A stretch of DNA of 64,000 nt from Cirrosporium novae-zelandiae (taxonomy: Eukaryota): NCBI GenBank assembly GCA_026023565.1, contig JAPETS010000005.1, forward strand, positions 558,001 to 622,000, written 5' to 3'. Below, one piece after another: positions 13,031 to 23,681 of this stretch. The stretch's first letter is position 1. Each line of letters starts with the position of its first letter. The notes beneath the pieces are model-generated. The model was not told the origin of the DNA and did no database searches. It was given only the letters and a program-made list of their open reading frames with translations. Position numbers and translations under genes: made by a program.

Positions 13031-13949
13031 GTACTTGTAGTTGGAGTTTAGTCCTAGAATCACCTTGGCCATTTCTTTGCCATCTCGGCTGTTTGTTTTA
13101 TTGATTGATTGACGAATTGGTTGGTTATTTACTTGTATATTCTCAGGGTCCTTTAGCTGGCTACCATGTTTTTATAGATTTCCTTAAAGCGATATCCTTG
13201 ATAGATCAATTCACATAAAATTACTATGCTCTTTATAGTACTATTCTTTTGCCCACTGCTTTCTTAATAAACTTATAGGAAAGAATTAATAATCTACTTC
13301 ACAAACACCATACTCCATCCTTTCCAAACCATCAAATGTGAAATTATTGTTCTAGGTGGAGTTAAGGGCAGAGTCTAGAGTAAAGAGAGAGGGGTTGGGC
13401 AGGAAGGAGGAAGCGTGGATTGGATTCAACAAGACGTAGAATACAATAATCGTCACCCCAGAGACCCTCACTCCTGTTGCCTCACTCTCATTCTGCCTTG
13501 GCTTGACTTCTCCACCGAGCCACAAAGTAATAAGGAACAGAAGAATCAGAGCCTAGCCAAGAAAGCAACCCGAGGAACCAGAAGTAAGATAGATGGTTAG
13601 GCTAGCAGTAACTTTCTCAAAGCTAGCCCGTTCCTATTGTGAACTGTGCGTGTCACCAATCGGGGAGACCCTTGCCTGCTTGCTTTTCAGCCCCCAGGAA
13701 GGATTTTGAATCAGAGGCAAGGGGAAGAAGCGGGCGAGGATCCAACATCCATAGTAAGCTGTAAACTAAACTATGTAGCTACTTGCAGGCAGACCGAAGA
13801 AATCATGATTTTTGTAACCATCCGGTTAGACTACTTGCTTAGTTTAGTTTATGGTACTTTATGCATGTACTAGAGCAGCTGGTGGGTGGATGGGACGGAG
13901 AGGGGGGATATATAAAGTGGAGTTTCACCCCGTTATCATTGCACTTTTT

Positions 13950-13985
13950 TTCTTCTTCTTCTTCTTCTTCTTCTTCTTCTTCTTC
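13950..13985. repeat. (TTC)n microsatellite
   Basis: About 12 TTC units upstream of the EthD gene. Confidence 0.9.
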
Positions 13986-14105
13986 CTGTTTTCTCTCTGG
14001 GGCACTTTTGAACAGACAAGGCAATTGATCTCCAACATACACCCATAGCTATATATTATCTATATTCCCATCTTCTTTACATAGATAAGACAATAAAGCA
14101 ACACC

Positions 14106-14726
14106 ATGGCAGAAAAGAAAGAACAACTCCTCAGCTTGACAATCTGTGGTTACCGAAAGCCCGGCCTCAGCGAGGAAGAATATCGCGACTATATGACAAA
14201 TAAGCATGCCCCTTTAGTCCGAGATATGATGGTCAAATACAAAATCATCAGATACACTATCGTTAGTCTCTCTCCCCTCTCCCTTTTCTTTCCCTTCCCC
14301 TCCCTTCCCTTCCCCCCCTCCATTTTATATATGACAGTCCTAACCCTCTGTCCCCCTTTTTTTCCCAATCCCATAGAGCTTCAACACCACCCCAACCCGC
14401 TCTCTCATGGCACGTCTCTACGACCCCCAATTTGCAAACGTCGCCGACTACGACGCCACGATCCAAACTGTTTTTCGATCCATCGAGGACTATGAAGCCA
14501 TGAAGGCGGATCCGTTCTTCAAGGAGTTTGTTTCACCAGATCATGAGAATTTTGCTGATACCAAGAGGTCTACGTATGTGTTCAACCTTCCCTCTCCTCC
14601 CCTTCTTCTTTTTTGAATTTAGATTTAGACTTTGTTTTTGGTTGTGGCTGACTTTGTTCTGAACTTTGTAGGATGACAATTGGATGGATTGAGGATTTTG
14701 TTAAGGATGGTGAGGTTGTGAAATGA
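14106..14726 (+). CDS. EthD-domain decarboxylase (MdpH/GedI/TpcK-like)
   Basis: [28 protein letters not shown]; introns 14262..14376 and 14574..14671; [33 protein letters not shown] stop. Confidence 0.9.
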
Positions 14727-15533
14727 ATTTGTATGAAATAGAGGAGGGGATATGGTGTGCATTTTTGGGGGAGAGATTTCGTATCTGTTGTATATGTACG
14801 CCTGCCTATGTTGTTCGCTCCTGTTATACGTGTATGCATACATGTACGGGCCTAGCATTGAAATTTGGATAGTCAATGCAATCACTAAGTCACTCGGCCT
14901 CTCGATTAATTTACCCTTTTCTTTTCCTGTCTTCCTTATATTTCTTGTGCGCTTGGTATTTTCATTTGCTAGACCCTTGAGCCAGACTAGGGAGTTCTGG
15001 CATCGTAGGTGAGTGCGGATGTTGTTGATGGTAGGTACTGACTGTACTGTATGTACTGTACAATACCGCTTCTACCTACCTGACGCGATGCGATGCGTTG
15101 TGCGTGGGGACTTGGCGAAGAACGAATATAGGTCTCTATTTCTGCCTTCTTATTAATTACTTCTTAGTGGAAAAGACTTTAAACCGACATAGGTCGTTGG
15201 CTATAAAGAAATTGATTTACAAGTACTCCGCTTTCCAGCCTAAGCATAAGCTGACAGCACCACCAGCGCGGGGCATTCACCTCCCCTTCCCCTATGCTAT
15301 CGATGTAGAGTGAAAGAACAATCGGATTATCTCCTCTCTATCTACGGAGAAAATGGAGAACTTAAATTTGGCTTTTTTTAGCTTTTTTCGTTGGCGTTGC
15401 TTACTTTTACTTTTTATGTTTTTTCTGAATCCACGCTAATTTTATGTACTCGTTTCATTGGAAAAAGAAAAGATCTAGATATCGATAATTACTCCAAGTT
15501 ATGGAGTAGCCGGAAGGGCCGGTTTTGAAACAT

Positions 15534-15534
<1 letters not shown>

Positions 15535-15564
<30 letters not shown>
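15535..15564. repeat. (GAT)10 microsatellite
   Basis: Direct reading. Confidence 0.9.
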
Positions 15565-15938
15565 AACACATATGGAGGCACTGCTATCTAAGCATAAGTC
15601 CAAGTATAGATCCTTCATTACTGATTAAGATTTGGGTTTTTATTCTCTTTTTATTTTCTTTTTTTTTCCTTGTTAGGAAAGTGAACAAGGTCCAAGATAA
15701 CGAGTGGCTGACTTGGCTGTCTAGCTGGAAAAAGGAAATGCAGTACAGTGCCGGCACAATGGAAAACCCCATTAACCTCTAATTGTCTACGTTGTATATA
15801 TATATGAGATGACCAACTGAATATATTCTTCACATATTTCCACCGACGCTCAATCCCACAAACGAGATATTTGAAAAATTCAAGATTAGACTACCATCAC
15901 CACCACTACCCACATAAGACCAAACAACAAAAGGCAAG

Positions 15939-16637
15939 ATGAGCTCCAACGAAACCACCCCTCCGTCAACCAAGCCCGGAGCAGCAGTATACCGCTCCTG
16001 GGTAGTAACCTACACCTACGACCTCGTCGTCCTCAAATTCAGCAACACATTCGCCTGGCGCTGTCCCACAACAACGACCCTCGTCCCCTTTTTCAAATCC
16101 CACATCCAACCAGACTGTACCTCGCACCTAGACATCGGCGTCGGGTCCGGCTACTACCCGGCCGTCTGCTCCCTGCCCCCCTCCACCTCCCTAACCCTAG
16201 TCGACCTAAACCAAAACAGCCTCAACGCCGCCTCCGCCCGCTTCAACCGCCCCGCCTCCACCACCTGCATCCTCCACGACATCACAACCCCGCTCCCCAC
16301 ATCTACCCGCTATGACTCCATCTCCCTCATGTATCTCCTCCACTGCATGCCCGGCCCCCCCTCACACAAAGCCCGCATTATCTTCGCCCACCTAAAACAC
16401 AACCTCCAACCCGACGGGACGCTTTTCGGATCCACAATACTGGGGAAAGGGGTCAGGCATAATCTGTTAGGCAAGGCGCTCATGTGGTATTATAACTACA
16501 CGGGCATTTTTGGGAATGAGGGGGATGGGGCTGAGGGGGTTTTGGATGCGCTGAGGGAGGAGTTTGAGGTTGTGGAGGGGAGGGTTGTTGGGACGGTGCT
16601 GCTGTTTGTGGCTAGGGGGCCGAGGGTTGGGGGGTAA
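15939..16637 (+). CDS. SAM-dependent methyltransferase, GedG/TpcH/PtaH-like
   Basis: GAAVY..YDLVVL..FAWRCPT, HLDIGVGSGYY, YLLHCMPGPP, GTLFGSTILGKGV, YNYTGIFGN. Confidence 0.9.
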   Translation: MSSNETTPPSTKPGAAVYRSWVVTYTYDLVVLKFSNTFAWRCPTTTTLVPFFKSHIQPDCTSHLDIGVGSGYYPAVCSLPPSTSLTLVDLNQNSLNAASARFNRPASTTCILHDITTPLPTSTRYDSISLMYLLHCMPGPPSHKARIIFAHLKHNLQPDGTLFGSTILGKGVRHNLLGKALMWYYNYTGIFGNEGDGAEGVLDALREEFEVVEGRVVGTVLLFVARGPRVGG

Positions 16638-17583
16638 GTTTGTGGGGAAGGGGGGGGCGGGGGGGGTATTTTTGTCCAGTGGAGAGATGGAGAGGGATGG
16701 TGTGGTGGTAATTTTGAAGTTAGATTAGTGTTTTCTTTTTTTCTTTTGTTCTGTAGAGTACCTAGCTATGCTATCTATCTAATCTGTATATTTTTTTTTT
16801 CTATCAAGTTGTCATGGGTCTTGGTTATTGGAAGGTGTGTTACGTTACACAGGGAAGGAAATAGGACCGACCGATCAGACCTCGATTGCCCCAAGCTCTG
16901 TTTGGTCCGTTTGATCCATCACGTAGATATATATTTAATATATACCTAGGTATTTAAAACTTAATACTTTTCTAGGATATTAAGAATATCTCTGACTTGA
17001 GACAATTCTAAGCAGGTAGACTATAGAATATTTTTCATTTCATTGATTAGATTAGATCAGATCAAAGGATTAGATAAGATAAATGTGTCGTGTCGTGTCG
17101 TGTCGTGCCGTGTCGTGGAATCGAGGGTTATGGTAAAAAGTTGGGAAGAAGTTGGGACTTGAGGGTGGAGTCGAAGCCCAAGATATATGGGACATGATGG
17201 TATATATTCAAGGTGAACAAGGAAATAGATGAGTATAATTATGGGGATATTTAATGATACTGGCACAAAGGGCAAAACAGCAAAGAGACAAAAGGACAAC
17301 TTGCCAGGAAGAACTGTCTAAGCAAGAATCTACACCACCACTACCTGCGAAGGGCACCATATACTTGTAGTTGTGGTTATGATAAACATTAGTAGGATAA
17401 GTTTCTGGGTCCGGTTTTAATAAAATGCAATGGCGGATCGAACTAACAACCTCCGCAGGGCTAAACGCGAAGAGGCCCGTGCCACCCGGCTAGGGAGCTG
17501 CGGATAAGGTATTACTTTCATTCCGAATGGCAAATCACAATCATATCCTACACTAAAGGTTACACAATAACGACCAAATCTCT

Positions 17584-19493
17584 CTAGCACGGTCGGGGAG
17601 TGCTAGCCTTATCCGTCCACTGCGAAATAATAGCCTGAATAGCATCCTCCAAGGTGGCACCATCCCTGAACACCAAGTCGCCCCTGGCATTCTCGACATC
17701 TGATCTATACTTCTTCTGCGCAACTTTGCAATTCTTCGTCAGCGTTGTTACGTCCGCACCCATGACCGTCTGGTCTGCCTCCAGCCCATTGCTGGCGGGG
17801 AACTTATACGCGACTTTCACTCGCGCAGCCTTCTTCCCCCATTCCCCGTTCACATGTACTTTCTTATCGGTATCCGGGTCCCAGTCCCAGCGAACCTTCC
17901 AAGGTACGGTGCCGGATAGCTTGACACCCTCGACGGTTACGGGTTTGGGGAGGGTGTAGCTGCCCTGCAGGCCGAAGACTTTCGTGTTGGCCTGAGATTT
18001 ATCCGGGTTCATTTTGTTGGTGATGATTCCTGTGGCGGATTGGAGGCCGTCGACGCCGAGCCAACTAAGGGCTCGTCCGAGGGGATCGTCGTATTCAGCT
18101 GTGATTTCCTCTCGCTTGCCAATTGTACGTTTGGCAGCCCCGGTAGCTTCGCATGAGTCCGAGTTTGTGGTTGTAGAGGAGCTGGAGGAGCTCGCGCTGC
18201 TACCACTAGATGAGGCTGTGGTCGAGGAGATTATAGAAGTACTGAGGGTGGTTTGGGTTTGGGTTTGAGTTTGGGTGGCTTCTGAGGATGGCGTCGGGTT
18301 GGAATCAGGACCGATAGTGATTGTGGGCCATCCAGCCACGGGCGGTGGGGTTGGTGGGGGGTAGATACCAGGGACATTCATACCCCAGAGAAGCAGACCC
18401 CCGCCACCACAGAATGAGCATTTCCAGAGGAACGGGAAGACCCCAGATCCATGGCTGGAGTCAGATGTGGTGATGTGAGTGTTTGTTGTCACGCCTTCGA
18501 TGGTGCTGTATGATGACGCATCTGGGGAATATGAGGTGATTATGGGCAGCGCCGTGGTACCAGATGATCCAGAGGAAGATGGGGCCGAAGTAATACTAAA
18601 GAGGGATGTGCCGCTGGATAAGAAAGAAGATGAAGTGAACGACGTTGAAATAGCCCCAGAGAGAAGTGTATCGCTAGACGATGACGAAGCTAACGTAGTC
18701 GTTGAAAGTAGCGTACTATTAGCTGAAAGGGAAGAGGCTGATGAACTAGAAGTAGATCCAGTGACCATTATTGTGGAAGAGGCCGAAGTAGAGGCATTTA
18801 GCGCAGTAGTGCTTGCTGTTGTGCCCACCGTCGAAAGCGATTGCAGGCTTCCGGATGAGCTAGGACTAGCAAGTTGCGAGGTAAAATTAGCGGCTGTTGA
18901 GCTCAACGACGAAAGTAGTGTCGATGATGAAGAAATATTTTGAGAGGCGGTACTACTTGAGCTAATGCTGGAAGTGGAGTTGCTGGTTGCAGAGATTATC
19001 CCTGAAGTAGAAATGTTTTGCGCAACTGTAGTTGCCGTACTAGATGCAGACAGGCTGAAGGTTGAAGTGGTTAAAAGGATAGCTGTAGAGCTATTGGTAC
19101 TAGAGGTTGTTGACACAGACACATTCTGTGCTGTTGTACTAACTGGGGTAAGTATTGACGTGGCGCTGCTAATACTGAGAATTGTCGTCGTACTACTCAA
19201 AGCCAGGGTAGTAGTATTGCTTGGTACTAAGCTTGACGATGTCTGCAGATTCCCTCCTCGTGTAGAGGATGTAAGGGTTGTTAGACCACTTGCACTATTT
19301 GGGAAGTATGCCGTCGAAGAATTCGAATACCATGCGGGGCTTGTCGAATTCTCCACCAAGAAAGAGCTACAATCTGGTCAATACAATGGCCGCTAATTGT
19401 AGTAGATGTAAATGGGACATACCTGGAGCCCGCCAAGACATGGGTACAGAACGAAACAAAGCCAATGAGGAAGAGGGAATGAGTATTCCACAT
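17584..19493 (-). CDS. Secreted Ser/Thr-rich precursor (about 617 aa) with KR sites and a C-terminal putative toxin domain
   Basis: Exon 1 (19423..19493) encodes signal-like MWNTHSLFLIGFVSFCTHVLAG. Intron 19367..19422 (GTATGT..TAG) joins in frame to ORF 17584..19359. Mucin-like stalk with many NxS/T sequons, then CSFC..PGIYPPP..WPTITIGPD, AAKRTIGKR and a 175-aa globular tail. Confidence 0.8.
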
Positions 19494-20590
19494 ATTGGAG
19501 AAATCGGTCAAGTTCAACTTCCTAGACAACAGCAATTATTTCACAGCAAATATATGAAATGAATGTAGACAAAGGCCGGTATAAGCAGTAAAGAGTGCGC
19601 AGGCTTTCCCGAAACCGAGCACAGCCTAACAAATGAGTGTTGAACAGACAATCGTCTGTAGCATTTTGAAAGAGTGTAAGGAATGAAAATGAAAGAAGAA
19701 CATAACGCAGCTGTCTAGCATGCGAACATTTGAGGAAGTATACGACGAAGATTGATGGTATAAGTAGAGTGAGTATGAGTAGTGAAGATTGTATATGGCG
19801 GATCACAGGGATCCAAATCCGAGCTGAGCAATAATTCGAACAGATGAAACAACCAGGAACAGGATCCAAGAGGGCCATGGTAGATTGTATAGTCTTGGAT
19901 GCATGGTAAGTATTGGACAGAGAGTCAATATAGGAATATCAAATCTGTACCATGTAGTGCAGGTGTTTGTTAGTATAAATGTAAAAATAATGACAGAAGT
20001 TAATTTGGACATTTCCAGCTGTCAGCCTTGAAGTATTTCCGATGTTGTGTGCTGAGTTCTGACTGGTGTGTGGGTGCCTGGGTGTTGGTTAGCCCTTGTC
20101 CTCCCCTGAATATCAGGCCCAAGATTGGGGGGGCTGTGGGGCAACCAAGACCTGGTTACCAAGGTTAAACTTACTGCAGCCGCCCGAATGCCGTCACAGT
20201 TCAACGGTAAAGGTTGGTTTCACTTCATGGGATTCTCCTCTTATCATCCAACCGTCATCCAACATCTCTCCTCCAATTTTATCATTGGAATCCTTCTGTG
20301 CCTTTTCTTCCATCTCTCTAAATCTCGTCCACTATCTTGGCAGGAATGAAGGATCAGCAACCCTACAGACCATGGCTAATCAACAACCGATCCCGAAGAG
20401 TTCCCTCAATCTTGACTTCGTTTTTCTCTCATCTCTTGTATAAATCGTCTGTCTATTTGAATATCAATCCCTAGGTCCGCCGTCCCTTTTCTCGTACATC
20501 AAGTCCTCAAATTCCCTCGTCGCTCTTTTGCTTAATGATCCTTAATTCATCCTCAAATTATTCATTGTCTCCTACCTACCGCAAGGGAAC

Positions 20591-21508
20591 ATGTACCCCA
20601 AATCCCCTCTTCGAGTCATCCTCGATCTCCTTTACATATCCGCTATCGTAAAAGCCTCATGGGTCCCTGCCCAAGGAAAAATGCCCCTGGGGGGTCGCTC
20701 TCTAATAGCGCCGCGTGAAGCAGATACATGTTCTGATCTGGGGGACAGCGACTGTGATTGCGAGACATGGGGTGCTTCTTGCGACGGCACCGACGTATCC
20801 TCATGGGTCGGTTGCGACGATTCTTCTCTGGACGACACCTGGCCCGACTGCACAGCTTCTGAGCTCAACTCCACCTCAAGTGCTATTTCCTCCCAACAAA
20901 CTGCAAGTCTGTCCAGTACAAATTCATCCATACCAGCAACGAGTTTATCCAGCGCCAATCCCTCAGCCATCACTGCAAATATCACCTCTGGTGTCACAGC
21001 CTCGCTTTCTAGTGCTCCTATCACATCTTCCAGCGACGGTGCAGCAGCATCCTCGAGTGCAGCTGCTGCCGCCGCTGCATCGTCCAGTGAGGCTGCCGCT
21101 GCTGCTGCCTCGTCAAGTGAAGCTGCCGCCGCCGCCTCATCTAGTGAGGCTGCTGCTGCTGCCTCATCTAGCGAAGCTGCTGCTGCTTCCGCATCAAGTG
21201 CCTCTGCTGCTTCAGCAGCAAGCGCATCAGCCGCGGCAGCAACAGCAACGCCGACTGCACAATGTGGCGTCAATTACAAAGTATTCTACTACAAAGTCTC
21301 CATATCGAACATCAAGAATTGGGACTCGGATGACGTTGAAGGGGATCTTAAGAAACAGGAGAGCGGATGTGGTGCTCTAACCGACTGGAGTTGGCACGAT
21401 GATGAAGGCGATGGGGCCTCTGTTACCTTCCAACTACCACCGATTATCAAGAAAGGTTGTCCAGGACGGGCCATTGGCAGTGCCGGTGGCCCTGACATCG
21501 ACTGCTGA
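20591..21508 (+). CDS. Secreted Cys-rich protein with a Ser/Ala repeat linker and a conserved fungal C-terminal domain
   Basis: Hydrophobic N-terminus; acidic 6-Cys module (CSDLGDSDCDCETWGASC...); AAAASSSE repeats; C-terminal GCGALTDW...FQLP..IKKGCPGRAIGSAGGPDIDC module of a type recurring at the ends of fungal secreted proteins. Confidence 0.78.
   Translation: MYPKSPLRVILDLLYISAIVKASWVPAQGKMPLGGRSLIAPREADTCSDLGDSDCDCETWGASCDGTDVSSWVGCDDSSLDDTWPDCTASELNSTSSAISSQQTASLSSTNSSIPATSLSSANPSAITANITSGVTASLSSAPITSSSDGAAASSSAAAAAAASSSEAAAAAASSSEAAAAASSSEAAAAASSSEAAAASASSASAASAASASAAAATATPTAQCGVNYKVFYYKVSISNIKNWDSDDVEGDLKKQESGCGALTDWSWHDDEGDGASVTFQLPPIIKKGCPGRAIGSAGGPDIDC
21051..21200 (+). repeat. Coding minisatellite (AAAA[A]SSSE)n
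   Basis: About five 24-27 nt units visible in DNA and translation. Confidence 0.8.
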
Positions 21509-22361
21509 GAAGTGATGGGATTTATAATACCGAAGAGTAATGCGAGAAGTGTGCTGTTACCAAAGGAAAAGGTCATTCCATGCAGGCCAGCTTTATCACC
21601 TTGAAATAAAGTCAAATCTCTTTTAGCCATTTTCCGTGGTCCTAGAAAGGCCTCACCAACATTTTGTATATGAAAATTGACTTGAATCAAAAATCAAATT
21701 CTTACTTCCTATCCCACTTTGCTTGAATATCACCCAGACGCGAATGGTTTAGTATCACATTAGCATTTGGAGTTGTTGAATGTAGCCCGCAGGCTCTCCT
21801 TATCGATAGTTTTTGGAGGAGCGAAATGTCAATAAATGAATCTCATATTACCGCCTCCAAGACATCCTTTTTAGACAGCCAAAAAAAAAATTAGTAGAAA
21901 ACCACTTAATTAGCCAAAGTTGTATATTGGCATAGATCCACGCGTAGAGAACAGATTTGTTCGATGCGATGGCACTTAATATAATGAATGCTTGCAGCAA
22001 GTGCCAACACGATGTTTGTTTGTTGAGAGTTTATAGTCGCCTGCTTTTTTTTTAAGGATCCTAGCGGGCGGGGATCCTTCACGCTTCTCTTCTCTTAGTA
22101 GAGTAGAGGACATTGGTATCGTTATCTCCCCCTGTCTCCTCATGGGACTCCTTGCAGATAGATGCGGTTGTACATGTACTTCACGAGTACCTAGGTAGTT
22201 GCTCTTTTTGAATCAGCCGTGGGGGAATTCCTAAGGAGGAGAAAAAGCCATAATTATGCTGCTGCCTGCAGCCTTAATTTCCTTTTTCGAACTAGAAAAG
22301 AATTTCACGGCATTCTTGATTAACTTAACCAACCCATCAACGAACACCCTTTTTTTTATCT

Positions 22362-23681
22362 TCAAGAAGTCTTCTTCTTCATTGCCATGACAAAGGTACA
22401 ATCGCTATCGCAGAAAACTTTACACCACTTCCACCTGTCATCTAATAATAAGCCATCAACATCCATACGCTGCCACTCCTCGGCAAACTCTTCATCTGTT
22501 TCATTCTCTAGCATGTCAATCACTCCATCTTTCGTACACAGGCCGAACTGCCGTATGCCTATTCCGAGTTCTCCCATCAGGCCGTCACCGACAGACCACA
22601 GAGAGCCATCTTCTGCAAGTGCAACTACATGGCGCCATCCGGTGGCGGCGTCCACTATTTTCAACGGTTTCCCGGTATTGTCGATAATGTTGGCTGGTTC
22701 GTATGCGGGAGCGTCTGGAGGGTTGACATCCTTCACTTCCGGCCAGGACTTGGATCTATGGCCCCAAAGGTAGAGTCGTCCGGAGTTCGAGATTGCGGAA
22801 TTGTAGCAGATGCCACTAGCAACCTTTGAAATAGCTGGGAGGGGAACTTTGGTGGGGTTATAATCACGGCGCTCTGGACTTCGAGAGGGATAGTTTGAAA
22901 CAGAGCCTCCAAATATGGTAGCAGAAAATTCTTCATCTTCAAAGTCTTCGTTGTCCTCGGGAGGCGGAGGCGGCTGGTCAGGGGTCTTTTTGCCCCAATT
23001 AAAAACTTGGCCGTCTGCAGTAACTGCTATGAATTCGTTTGTCATTTGGATAATTGGCGACGGAAGTTCGGCCGAGTAAACAGGTTCAGCGGCACCAGGG
23101 TCATTCCTGAGCCAGCTCAAAAATGGTTCCCAGGCTTCAAACGATAGGATGGTCCTCGGGTTTGCATGAGGAACAATTGCAATTGCGCCAGAAACGAGCA
23201 TCGGATTGTAGGTCTTGACACTCCTGGCAGCGATGTGAAGTATTTCTCTCCCTTTATAGGGCTTATGATATGTTGTAAATAGTGTATTATCTGCGTGTTT
23301 GTCCAGAGTCTGGAGTGACCCATCTGCAAAGCAAAAAGCCATCTCAGACTTGCCGGATAACAAGATTGTCTGCATTATGTCCTCTGGCTTCTGTGCCAGC
23401 TCAACGCAGGAAATATCTTTTCTTGTCCCTCGGCCAAGACCCTGTAGGTGACCATCAACTTCTAGGAAAATGGGGTCGCTTTCAGAATTCTTCAAGATTC
23501 GCATCGATTTCGTAGCCGTGAGAACATTTTTAAGTTTCGTAGCCCAGAGAGGGCAGTATGGCATATCTTCGCCATAATTATTGTGTTCACATTCGTGGGT
23601 CCAATGCACCTCGTGGCGAGTGCAAGATCGAGGTTCCCCAAGGTAACCATCATCATTACGGCCACAACCGTAGAGTTCCAT
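22362..23681 (-). CDS. RCC1/BLIP-II-like beta-propeller protein
   Basis: ATG 23681 (MELYGCGRNDDGYLG). RCC1-type repeats AVTADGQVFNWG, VASGICYNSAISNSGRLYLWG, AATGWRHVVALAEDGSLWSVGDGLMGELG. Confidence 0.8.
   Translation of the reverse strand: MELYGCGRNDDGYLGEPRSCTRHEVHWTHECEHNNYGEDMPYCPLWATKLKNVLTATKSMRILKNSESDPIFLEVDGHLQGLGRGTRKDISCVELAQKPEDIMQTILLSGKSEMAFCFADGSLQTLDKHADNTLFTTYHKPYKGREILHIAARSVKTYNPMLVSGAIAIVPHANPRTILSFEAWEPFLSWLRNDPGAAEPVYSAELPSPIIQMTNEFIAVTADGQVFNWGKKTPDQPPPPPEDNEDFEDEEFSATIFGGSVSNYPSRSPERRDYNPTKVPLPAISKVASGICYNSAISNSGRLYLWGHRSKSWPEVKDVNPPDAPAYEPANIIDNTGKPLKIVDAATGWRHVVALAEDGSLWSVGDGLMGELGIGIRQFGLCTKDGVIDMLENETDEEFAEEWQRMDVDGLLLDDRWKWCKVFCDSDCTFVMAMKKKTS

Noticed and set aside
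18479..21273. Val/Glu/Asp/Ala-rich ORFs 18479..18943, 18965..19396 and 20632..21273
   Set aside because: Antisense reads of the Ser/Thr/Ala-rich stalks.
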